A stretch of 59,213 nucleotides of DNA, taken from the IMG/VR virus record IMGVR_UViG_3300032081_000715, positions 1 through 59,213 of that record. The stretch is one strand, 5' to 3'. Source of the stretch: a virus. Its lineage: Duplodnaviria > Caudoviricetes. Within the stretch, counting starts at the first letter, position 1. Each line of letters starts with the position of its first letter. The position numbers and the translations under genes were made by a program. The notes under the pieces were generated by a model that ran no database searches, had not been told where the DNA came from, and saw only the letters and a program-made list of their open reading frames with translations. Shown piece by piece: positions 1 through 9,500 of the stretch.

Positions 1-2627
1 ACGGTTTTTATTAAAGTATAACAAGTAGAATTATAAAGACTTGAAAAACCTTGAACAACGTTAAATTTAAATTTGTCCCAATCGTTGTAGTTTTTCTGTA
101 TTAAGTAATTTTTAGTAGTATCGTCTTCTATGCTTCCTATTATATTTTCCTGCTCTTTTAAGTAACCATCTAAAAGTTTATATTCTTCTCCTAATATTTT
201 TGAATATTGTTGATACTCTTCAAAAGCTTTTTTATTTACCTTTCTACCATCATCGAGCACAACAAAATCTTGCATTTCATCTTGCCAATTTTCTATTCTA
301 CTATTTGCTCTTTTTAAAGCCTCTTGTTGTTCTTTTTCAAAGCTTTCAAGTTTGTTTATAACTTTACCAGCTTGCTCTTGATATTCTTTGTCAAATTCTT
401 TTAATTCATTTTGTAAATTTTGTTCATTTGTTTTTAAATCATTTTGATATGTACTCCATTGAGCTTGAGCTTGCTCATAAGATATTTTTCCATCATTAAG
501 ATTTTTTTGTATTTCATTAAATTTGTTTTCATATTCTTCTTGTGTTGGAAAAGTGTATTTATCTATAATTCTCTTACCAGCAGCATCATAACCCTCTTGG
601 CTCATTTCAACCTCTTCGCCATTTATTATTATTGGATTGTCTTTTTTTATTTGCTCAACTTTAATGTCAAACTTTTTTTGTGCATCTGCTTGCTTCTCTT
701 CTTCAGTATCGCCCTCTCCGTATATTATGCCTTCTTCTTTGTATACTTCTAAAGGATTAAAAATGTCTTCTAGTTTTTCAGCATCGTTAAAATTTTTTTC
801 GTGGTTTTTAATAACGTCATGCATTTCAATGTTTGTTAAACCAGTTTCTTCATTTTTTTTATTATTCCAATTTTCTGTTTTTGTTTTTAATACACCAAGG
901 TTATCTATTTGACTTTGAATATTTATATTAGAACCTATAGCAACCATAGTGTCATAAGCGTCATCACCATCAACATCATCTTTAAATTCACTGGTTTTTT
1001 GTTCTTGTTTTTCTTGTATTTTAAGGTTTGCTATTTCGTTTCTAACATAGTTTTCAATAGCCTTATCTTTTCCTAAAGCCTCTTCATCTGGTAAGATCAT
1101 TTGGTTAGGATTAGGTATGCTTTTACCTTCATATTTACCAGTTTTTTCATTAAAGGTAAAATACTCACCTGCCATTACATCATCAACATACTTATTATAC
1201 TGTTCTTCTGTTATATGCCCAATATCAAGATAGTACTTTAATTTTTCTTTATAAGAATCAGATGGCTTTAACATTTTTAAATCATACATACCACCTTTGT
1301 CTTTGTATAGCTCGTCCCAGTTTATTAAATCGTTACTTGTTTTTGCTTGAACTTCTTTAAGTATATATCCGTATTCTCCATCGTCTTGTGTTGTTACATC
1401 AGCACCGTATTTACCAATTGGCTTTTGAGTTCCATAAATACCTTCTTCGCCATCCTCACCATACAAAGGCATATTATTAACTTCTTCTATTATACTATTT
1501 TTTTCATCCTTTGTTACATCAATATATTTTTTTTCAATAGCATTGTATAACTTAACTGATTCTGATTGAAATTTACCCATGGCGATCCTGTCGCTATCGG
1601 ACATTGTTTTATCTAAAAATTTAGATAAATTTATACCTTGCCCTTTTTTGTCATAATTATATTCATATATAGTATGTTTTGTAGTTTCATCTGTATCAGG
1701 ATCTGTGTGAGTTATTTCTATACCATGGTAATTTCTTTTAGACGCACGATGTGCTGTTCCATCAAAAACACTACCGCCTTTAGCTCCATATATAGAGTTA
1801 TCCCAAAGTCCAGGTATACCTTTAAAACCACCACCTCTTACTTCAACAGTATAATTACCGTTTTCAACAAGCGGCTTAAAAAAATTTCCAAAATAACTTT
1901 CTTTATGATCCCAGTCATCTCTAACCCATAATTGAGGATCTTCTAAATTTTGTTTACCAAATACACCTTTTTCTGTATCGATTGTTATAGGTGTTCTTGA
2001 TGAAAAATCAAAGTTAATTTCAGTTTTAGTTCTACTGTCTAAATCTTTCCAACCATCAATGTTAAGCTCTTTATCAGTTTCTGCCATTGAAGCCCAGTCT
2101 TCAACGCTTATATCTTTAACTTTGTTTTTAAAAACCTCTTCTTTACTAGCAGGTAATTCTTCATCTCCTACTTTAATTTTAGGTACCTCAACAGGTTTAT
2201 CTAATTTAGTTAAAACACTTGTTGATGGATTAAAACCGTGAGTTCCATCATATATTTTTTTTCTAATTGAATCGCTATATGTAGGATCTTCGTGAAACGT
2301 GCTTCTATTGTTAAACCAATCAGGAGCATTTTCATAAGTTAAAACCTCATTAGGGTTACTGTTAAGAAATTCTTCAGATGATTTATCAATATCTAACGAT
2401 ACCGACGAACCATCTTCCGACTTGGATTCCGTATTTTCTTGTTGATTGTTTTGAGACGGACTTGTCTCGTTGATTTGTGTTTGCTCCGTCGACGTTTCGG
2501 TCGAGGAGCCTTCCTCCTTTCCCGCTTCTTCAACTTTTTTAGCGTTAGGATTGTCTATTAAGAATTGTTTTTCGTTTTGCGGATCTACCTCAAAAGGTTC
2601 TCCACCGTCTATTGTGTATTTTATCAT
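1..2627 (-). CDS. Giant virion/ejection-type protein, N-terminal part (at least 875 aa, 3'-truncated by window edge)
   Basis: Not in ORF track because it has no stop in the window. Hand translation from ATG at 2627 (MIKYTIDGGEPFEVDPQ...) is open to base 1 (...FNVVQGFSSLYNSTCYTLIKT). Acidic, coiled-coil-rich; follows ejection-type genes. Confidence 0.8.
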   Translation of the reverse strand, partial: MIKYTIDGGEPFEVDPQNEKQFLIDNPNAKKVEEAGKEEGSSTETSTEQTQINETSPSQNNQQENTESKSEDGSSVSLDIDKSSEEFLNSNPNEVLTYENAPDWFNNRSTFHEDPTYSDSIRKKIYDGTHGFNPSTSVLTKLDKPVEVPKIKVGDEELPASKEEVFKNKVKDISVEDWASMAETDKELNIDGWKDLDSRTKTEINFDFSSRTPITIDTEKGVFGKQNLEDPQLWVRDDWDHKESYFGNFFKPLVENGNYTVEVRGGGFKGIPGLWDNSIYGAKGGSVFDGTAHRASKRNYHGIEITHTDPDTDETTKHTIYEYNYDKKGQGINLSKFLDKTMSDSDRIAMGKFQSESVKLYNAIEKKYIDVTKDEKNSIIEEVNNMPLYGEDGEEGIYGTQKPIGKYGADVTTQDDGEYGYILKEVQAKTSNDLINWDELYKDKGGMYDLKMLKPSDSYKEKLKYYLDIGHITEEQYNKYVDDVMAGEYFTFNEKTGKYEGKSIPNPNQMILPDEEALGKDKAIENYVRNEIANLKIQEKQEQKTSEFKDDVDGDDAYDTMVAIGSNINIQSQIDNLGVLKTKTENWNNKKNEETGLTNIEMHDVIKNHEKNFNDAEKLEDIFNPLEVYKEEGIIYGEGDTEEEKQADAQKKFDIKVEQIKKDNPIIINGEEVEMSQEGYDAAGKRIIDKYTFPTQEEYENKFNEIQKNLNDGKISYEQAQAQWSTYQNDLKTNEQNLQNELKEFDKEYQEQAGKVINKLESFEKEQQEALKRANSRIENWQDEMQDFVVLDDGRKVNKKAFEEYQQYSKILGEEYKLLDGYLKEQENIIGSIEDDTTKNYLIQKNYNDWDKFKFNVVQGFSSLYNSTCYTLIKT
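2483..2523 (-). other. Candidate -1 programmed ribosomal frameshift signal (G_GGA_AAG, 7-nt spacer, 10-bp hairpin)
   Basis: Heptamer at 2523-2517 in X_XXY_YYZ phase (GCG GGA AAG). Hairpin GCTCCTCGAC-CGAAAC-GTCGA(C)GGAGC at 2509-2483. Confidence 0.65.
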
Positions 2628-2661
2628 GACTGTCTCGTTAGTTACCCGTGTTAATATTTAT

Positions 2662-3681
2662 TTAAGATGGCTTTCCTGGTACAAATACTCCATTTTGTAT
2701 TGTACCACCTTTAACCTTAATACCGCCATCTGTACTAAGTGTTGATTTTTTATTTTGTTCCTCCATAGCTGACCTAACATCAGGATGTAAATTTTTATAA
2801 TAATTTTGTTCTAATATATTAGTGTAATATTCAGCTAAATATTTTTTAAGTTGATCTTCGTCCTTCATTATAGAAGATGTTATTTGAGCAGCATCTTCAT
2901 ATGTTATTTTATCATTAGGTGTTGGGTCCATGTTTTTAATCTGCTCTTCATTAAAACCTAAATTCGCGTAAGTACCAGATGCTATTGACTCCATTAAATC
3001 ATCTTTAAAAACTCTATTACCAAAAATTTTATCAGTTGCTAAAGATCTTACATCTCCAGTTTCAATCATTTTTTCCATTACGTCACTATATTTTTGTTGA
3101 TAATTAAAGCTAGCGCCTTCTGTTTTATTAGCATTTTGAGCTAAATTTTTTTCGTTATCAACTAAAACTTTTAAACCTTCTTTTGATTTTTGGTCAACAG
3201 CGTTGCCATTAACCATATCAATAATACTTTGCATTGGCATAAAGCCGTCTTTTAATTCATACCCAGGGGTGTTGTTATCGTCATAAACAACTTCTAAGTT
3301 ACCATTTATTATAGCATTAAGATCATTTACGTGATTAGGAAATTTACTAGCAGGGTCATGACCAATTTTTTCCGTATTACTTAGCTTTTCAGCTAACTCT
3401 TGTCTAAAAGAATCAGCTTTAAATATTCTATCGCCAGTCTGTACAACATCAGCCTCTAATTCAGCTTGTATTTTTTTACCTTCTTGACCTTGTTTAGAAG
3501 CTTCTCCATACGGCTTTTTATTTTTATAAAATTTTTCTGTTAAAATAGCCATTTCTTCAGAATCCTTTTTAGTAACATCTCTATTTAATTCATTTTTAGC
3601 AGAATTTAATAATTCTTCACTTGTTATTATTGAAGGTGATTGATTACCCTCTGATCCTAAAATTAATTTTTCTTCATCCAT
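2662..3681 (-). CDS. Hypothetical internal virion/ejection protein
   Basis: 339-aa ORF coupled between an ejection-type gene and the giant ORF; function by position only. Confidence 0.55.
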   Translation of the reverse strand: MDEEKLILGSEGNQSPSIITSEELLNSAKNELNRDVTKKDSEEMAILTEKFYKNKKPYGEASKQGQEGKKIQAELEADVVQTGDRIFKADSFRQELAEKLSNTEKIGHDPASKFPNHVNDLNAIINGNLEVVYDDNNTPGYELKDGFMPMQSIIDMVNGNAVDQKSKEGLKVLVDNEKNLAQNANKTEGASFNYQQKYSDVMEKMIETGDVRSLATDKIFGNRVFKDDLMESIASGTYANLGFNEEQIKNMDPTPNDKITYEDAAQITSSIMKDEDQLKKYLAEYYTNILEQNYYKNLHPDVRSAMEEQNKKSTLSTDGGIKVKGGTIQNGVFVPGKPS

Positions 3682-3683
3682 TA

Positions 3684-4586
3684 TTATAATATTTTAAATT
3701 CAACATCAATTTTAGAATAATCAACTCTATCATAACTACCATTATTAATTACAGCGCTATTAGGTATCTCATCGGACATTACACCTTGGTAAGTATGTTC
3801 TCCAAAAAATTTATCAATATACTCAAATGCATATATTTTTAATCCGCTAGGTGATTTACTTATTAACTTAATATTCTTTTTTAATCTTTTATCGGAAAGT
3901 ATACCACCAAGTAAATTAAAGCCGCCTGATATAGCGCCACCTATTGCTTTGTCTTTTTGAGCTTGAGCAGCTGCTGCTGTACCTTGAGCATTTTGGTATT
4001 CTTGGTTAGCCGCGTCCATTAACGTTTTTCTTCTTGTCATATCCAGTTGTTGAGCAGCTTGTTCTCCACTCGCTATTCTCGTTGCTACCTCTGCTTCACC
4101 AGAAGCTTCTTTCAGTTGTAAGTTGCTAGCCTCCTGAGCCGTTGTTCTTTGGTTTGCAGCTTCTTGTTGACCTATACCAGCTGCAGATTTTTGAGCAGCT
4201 ATCTGTCCTTGCTGAGCTAATGATTGCGCTAAAGCAGCTATACCACTACCACCAGCGGCGCCTCTTAATCCAGACATAATATTAGATTGGCTTTGAGCAA
4301 ATTGTTGAGATGCAAATTCAGCTTCTTTTTTATTAATAGTTAGATCTTCCATTTTGTTTTCTAAACCAGCATAAGCATTTTGCATACCTTTAAAAGGATT
4401 ACTTATATCCATTGACATAAAATAATCCTGCATTTCTTTTTGGTTTTTCTTAGCTTCAGCTTCAGCCGCTTCAGCTTTTTTAGCAGCTTTACCAGCTTGT
4501 ATACCTTGATATACACCTCCTACTAAACCGCCAATAGCACCCCATATCTTAAATGGTGATTGTTCTTCTTTTTTAATTGTTGACAT
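3684..4586 (-). CDS. DNA-ejection/pilot-type virion protein with C-terminal peptidase S74-like (intramolecular chaperone) domain
   Basis: Gly/Ala/Gln-rich helical body with hydrophobic GG motifs; C-terminus SDKRLKKNI...YQGVMSDEI...VDYSKIDV. Confidence 0.6.
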   Translation of the reverse strand: MSTIKKEEQSPFKIWGAIGGLVGGVYQGIQAGKAAKKAEAAEAEAKKNQKEMQDYFMSMDISNPFKGMQNAYAGLENKMEDLTINKKEAEFASQQFAQSQSNIMSGLRGAAGGSGIAALAQSLAQQGQIAAQKSAAGIGQQEAANQRTTAQEASNLQLKEASGEAEVATRIASGEQAAQQLDMTRRKTLMDAANQEYQNAQGTAAAAQAQKDKAIGGAISGGFNLLGGILSDKRLKKNIKLISKSPSGLKIYAFEYIDKFFGEHTYQGVMSDEIPNSAVINNGSYDRVDYSKIDVEFKIL

Positions 4587-4607
4587 ATTTGCTTTTTTTA
4601 CTATTAT

Positions 4608-4616
4608 ATAATTACA
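4608..4616 (-). promoter_or_regulatory. Putative phage late/middle promoter motif TGTAATTAT
   Basis: Intergenic, about 20 nt upstream of ATG 4586; one of six intergenic TGTRAYTAY copies. Confidence 0.55.
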
Positions 4617-4627
4617 TTTTTTAACTA

Positions 4628-5002
4628 TTATTTACTACTTTCTGCTATCTCACAGCTAATAGAGAATAACTCAGCTTTACTAGTCGAATTATTTTTAAAT
4701 TTCATAGACGCAAAATAACCCACTAAAGATGTTAAATTAACTTTATTATCTTTTGAAAAAAATATAAAATCGTTTTCGGTAGGATTAGGTGTGTCAGTAT
4801 CTATTTCACAAGTTAAAGTAGTTGTTTCAGTACCATTAGGTAAAGAAGTTGTATTATTTATACTTTTTACTAAACCTATTTTAACAAAATTATCACTAGT
4901 GTTAAATTCAGATTTAACTACTATTTTAGAATAATATGCTGTGTCTCCTACTTGTAATGAAGGATATTCTGATCTTGGTACTTGTATTGTTATTGTTGCC
5001 AT
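4628..5002 (-). CDS. Hypothetical tail-associated protein
   Basis: 124 aa in tail gene cluster. Confidence 0.5.
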   Translation of the reverse strand: MATITIQVPRSEYPSLQVGDTAYYSKIVVKSEFNTSDNFVKIGLVKSINNTTSLPNGTETTTLTCEIDTDTPNPTENDFIFFSKDNKVNLTSLVGYFASMKFKNNSTSKAELFSISCEIAESSK

Positions 5003-5013
5003 AAATTATAATT

Positions 5014-6552
5014 TTAAGATGCCGCAAATATATCGTCTAAATCTAGAACCATTGTTACGTCAGCTGTTCCAAACTTTTTAACTATTACATCAGCTTTTAA
5101 TGTTGCTGATGGCGTTCCGTATGTTGTCGCTATATTAACTATTTCAATATGAGTTCCACCATTTGTTGAGTACAAAGAATTAGTCCAATCGGAGTTTGTA
5201 GAAACCGTACTTGACCATTTAGGATCATCATCAACTTTGCTAACCGCTCTACCAGCTGAATTAGTAATAGTATAATCAATTTGAAAAAACTCTACTACAG
5301 TTTTAATATTCTTTAATTGACCAGGTTTTTTATTTGGTCTTCCAGTGTAGACTATGTTAGTTTGATTTGCTAGTAAACCGTTGGCTGTAGTAGCTCTTAT
5401 TGTTAAAGTAGGATTTATATATTGATATATTATTCCTTGCGGTGGTGCTTGTTCTAAATTTGAATTCAATATTGTGCTACCTTTAGGTGTTACATTTATA
5501 TGATATATTTCATTAGAACTAGCAGATGGAAACTCTTGAATAAACTCATATGTAGCAAATAACTGACTTGTGTTTGTAGACGTTAATGTTTTGTTTAACC
5601 CTCTTATTAACCCTTTTGGAATATGAATAACATCAGCGTTGGCTAAATCAGTGTCCATTATAGATGTGTTGTCACTATTTTTTGTTACTGTTAAATCAAA
5701 CTCAGCTCCAACGTCACCTACTATTTTTATTCTTTTTGTAGCACCTTTAATAGATATTTCAGGTGGCCCATATATAATCTGTCTTATTTCTTTTGTAGAA
5801 CTTATATCTGCTATACCTGTATAATGTATAAAAACTTTACAATCTAATCCACTAGGTATACTAACATCACTGTTTAGTTTTAAATGATATTGAAGATGAG
5901 TAGCCTGCCCCTCACTATTTGTAGCTGCTGTTGAAACGTGCTGCAATGAAAAATTGGCGCTAGACGGTGCATTTTCAACACTGATTGTTGCGTTATCATT
6001 AAAGTGAAAATTAAGAGGGTTTCTTTCAAGAATTACAGTTGCTACGTGTATACTGTTTTCAGCATCGATTGTTCCTGAAAAATTAGTTGTTTTTAAACCA
6101 TTAGAATCAGCACTTGGTTCTCCAATTGATGGATCTTTTGTTATACCAGCCGCTTGAGTTAAAGCCGTAGCTCCATTTAAATTTTCTGTAGTATTATCAA
6201 TAAAATCAAAGTTAATACTAATACGCCTTTTATCATCAAGCAGGTCAGCGTGTCCAGATATTGGTAAATTTATATTTTCTAACTCTGATGTCATTTCAAA
6301 TAAAGCTGAAAACGTAAATGTAACTAATACTGTATTATCAACTTCACCAGCTACAGCTGTGTCTGAAAATGATATACTGGCAAACTGCCCAGGTAAAGTA
6401 CCCGCGGCTGAAAAACTAGAAGCTGAAACAACATAACCTGAGTTAGGCGTTATAGTCATAGTTCCACCACTAATCATGTTGCCAGCATATACTGCATCAG
6501 TTACTGCTTCTGTAAATGTAAATTGCGATACTGTAAAATTATATATAGGCAT
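5014..6552 (-). CDS. Putative tail/structural protein (beta-rich)
   Basis: 512 aa, Ser/Thr/Asn-rich, directly downstream of the nozzle-like gene. Confidence 0.55.
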   Translation of the reverse strand: MPIYNFTVSQFTFTEAVTDAVYAGNMISGGTMTITPNSGYVVSASSFSAAGTLPGQFASISFSDTAVAGEVDNTVLVTFTFSALFEMTSELENINLPISGHADLLDDKRRISINFDFIDNTTENLNGATALTQAAGITKDPSIGEPSADSNGLKTTNFSGTIDAENSIHVATVILERNPLNFHFNDNATISVENAPSSANFSLQHVSTAATNSEGQATHLQYHLKLNSDVSIPSGLDCKVFIHYTGIADISSTKEIRQIIYGPPEISIKGATKRIKIVGDVGAEFDLTVTKNSDNTSIMDTDLANADVIHIPKGLIRGLNKTLTSTNTSQLFATYEFIQEFPSASSNEIYHINVTPKGSTILNSNLEQAPPQGIIYQYINPTLTIRATTANGLLANQTNIVYTGRPNKKPGQLKNIKTVVEFFQIDYTITNSAGRAVSKVDDDPKWSSTVSTNSDWTNSLYSTNGGTHIEIVNIATTYGTPSATLKADVIVKKFGTADVTMVLDLDDIFAAS

Positions 6553-6553
6553 A

Positions 6554-9500
6554 TTAAAAAGGTTTATTTTGTTCGCTATTATATGTTAGGTCATCTGAGT
6601 CAGTAGCCTGGATAGTAACCGTAGTTTCAGTTTGTGTTTCTACAGGTGTTGCTAAAGGAAGGCCAATACCTTGTACGGAAAATTCACTAGTATCTAAATT
6701 AGTTTCAGTAGTAGTATCTCCGTTTATTTTATTAAACCATTTACCTTCTTTTTCTATAAATTCATTAACATTACCAGTTTGTTTATCTGTAGTAATATTA
6801 TCTACATACCAGCCTGTTTTTCCGTCTATATTGTAATACTCTAAATCATTCATTACACCTAAATTATTCCCAGCTGAATCACTAACGTTACCATATGTAT
6901 CACTAAGGGGATCTGTATCTATAGTTCCGCCATATATAGTAAAATTTTCAGGATTAATACTAGTATCACGAAATTTATCTATTTTAGCTTGCGTTCCCTC
7001 GTAATTAATATTTTTAAAAGATTTAATAGAACCAGGTTGATCATTAAATAAAACTTCAATTTCTGAATTATATTGAACGTTGTAAAAGTTATTTCTAAGA
7101 GCAGTAGAACTATTGTGTTTCCATATAGTATTATCTTCAACAGAATAATATCTATCAGATAAACTAGTTGCTGTTAATGGAGTAAAAGACTTAAAGCTAA
7201 CCCAACCTTTAGCCGATTCACTAAAAGAAATTGTTTTAGAATCGAGCAGCGGGGTGTTTTGTGCAAATTTATTTATTTTATGTAAAGTAAGATTATATTC
7301 ATCTTCCACACCATCAAACGATCCAGATATGTTTACGTGGTATTTTAAATTTTCTCTAAAATAAGTTTTCATACCAACATCTGATATAGGCGTAACACCG
7401 TTACCAGATAATCTTAATACAGCACCTCTTTGTTTATCAGCAAAATACATTCTATAACCATCCATAGCTAATGACTCTGGATTAAGTGATATTCCATAAT
7501 CACCAGCAAATGGCATTGATGTACCTAAAACTCTATTAGTAGCGGTTAATTGAGTATTACCATCCGCATTAAACAAAGCGTCTTTACCACCTGATTGAAT
7601 TCTTAATACTTTATCTTCAGTAAAAACAACAACGTCATTATCTCTTGCGTGAGCAGCTTGGATAGAACCATATGTAGTATTTAAATCTTTTGTTATTTTT
7701 CCAGCCATGTTAAACTCATTTAAATTATTAACACTTGACGTGGAATTATATAAGCCTGAAAATATCATACCACTGGTTTTATTTTCTTCTCCGTAATTTA
7801 AAAATGTAGATGATACTTTTACACCGTTATCTATTTGAGGCGCATTAAAGTCATCTCTAATTCTATCAGACTCAACACCATTACCAAACGAGTAACAATT
7901 AAACCAACCTAACTCAACTGAATATTTCCATACTTCTTTTTCTATTTTAAAGTACCCTGTAACATCAATAAATGTAAAACTAGAACTACCCTCTGTTATT
8001 AAAGCTTGATTTAATTTAAATGAAGCGCCTTGAATACTTTTAACAAACGTCCCAGGTTTAACATTATCTCCAGTCACCTGCATTCCAACTGTTACATTAC
8101 CATAATTAGAATCACCAATACTTACGGTAATATAGTTATCAACGTTAGCATCGTCGCTATTTACGCCATCACCAGTTAGTGTATAGCGATCTGAAGGCAC
8201 AACAGCAGCTGTTACTACAGGCGCCGATGTACTAATAATTTTGTAGTGATCTAAAATTTTAGACTTAGTTACTAAGCCACTTTTGTTTTCAAATCTAACA
8301 ACGTCACCAATAGCAGCACACGTGGTATCAGATGTACCATCAGTTACTATTGTTGTTAACTTAGTTATACTACCATTAACAGTTCTTCTTATTTCTATAC
8401 CATCATCTCCTATAGTTTGATAAACAAATGGTTCACCAGATAGTGTTATATTTACAATATTATTATTTGTTATTTTTCTATTTTCAATATTAAATCCACT
8501 AGCTCTTTCTTTTATTTTATTTGCTCCAGTAAAATTTATTATATTTTCTTGCTTTAACCTAACAGGTATAGCTCCACTGGCTTCGTAGTATATATCTAAG
8601 CCTACATCTTCTTTAGGCTCTGTTTCAAAACATGCAGCACTTGTTGATATTGAGTCGTCTGACAAACTATTAACAGGTACTCTTTCTACAAAATCAATAG
8701 TCATACTACTAAGACCGTTATGTTTAACAGTTCCTCTAGGATCCCAAACCGTTGGGTCTAGCCCAGTATTTGGTTGTATTGGCTGGCCATTAGCGCCTAC
8801 TCTTTTAAATCTAACTATTATTGATACTCTATCAACATAATTACTAGATCCGTTATTATCAAAGTTTTTGCTTTCTATAGTTATTGGACCTGAAAGTGTT
8901 TCACCAGAGTCTCCTAACGTTTGTTCTTGTGTAGTTTCAACATAATAAACCTCTTGATTAGGATCATCTCTAAATCTAAACAAAGTACCAGTTTGTTGCA
9001 TTTTACTTTTAAAGTAAGAATTAGTACCTTGCCACGGTTGATTGTCTTCACTATTTGAATTTCCAATTGTAGAAAAAGTAAATTGACCAAGCGTGCCATC
9101 TGAAAGTGCTCCGTTAGATAATCCTTGTGGGTGCCAGTTTGAAGTGCCATCGACTGTGTTCATTGGAGTATATCCAGAGTTATAATCTATTAAAGCGTTA
9201 CCATCGTTTTGAGGTAAATTAAATCCACTGAAAGCTGGAACGCTATCTATAAATATATCAGCAGTTCTATTTGAGCTATTATACCAAGACACCCAAAACT
9301 CATCAGTAGCTCCAGAATCACCATTAAGGTTTATAAAGTTAGGTAAATCACCAGTTGTCCCTCCTATATTTGAGTTAGTAAATTGAGCAACTGTTTCCCA
9401 GTTTTCTGCTTCATAATCCATTTCTGAAGCATATTCGTTATCATCTAAAGCTGGATTAGTTGCTTCATCTGCTAAAAATGCAAGTTCGTAAGTATTTAAA

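Noticed and set aside
2671-2677. A_GGA_AAG at the end of the 339-aa gene as a frameshift fusing it to the giant ORF
   Set aside because: Imperfect heptamer, and the -1 frame stops within a few codons
444-2745. Plus-strand ORFs in the track (444, 637, 1347, 1638, 2059, 2470)
   Set aside because: Antisense shadows of the giant minus-strand ORF; F/L/S/I-rich composition typical of the reverse frame
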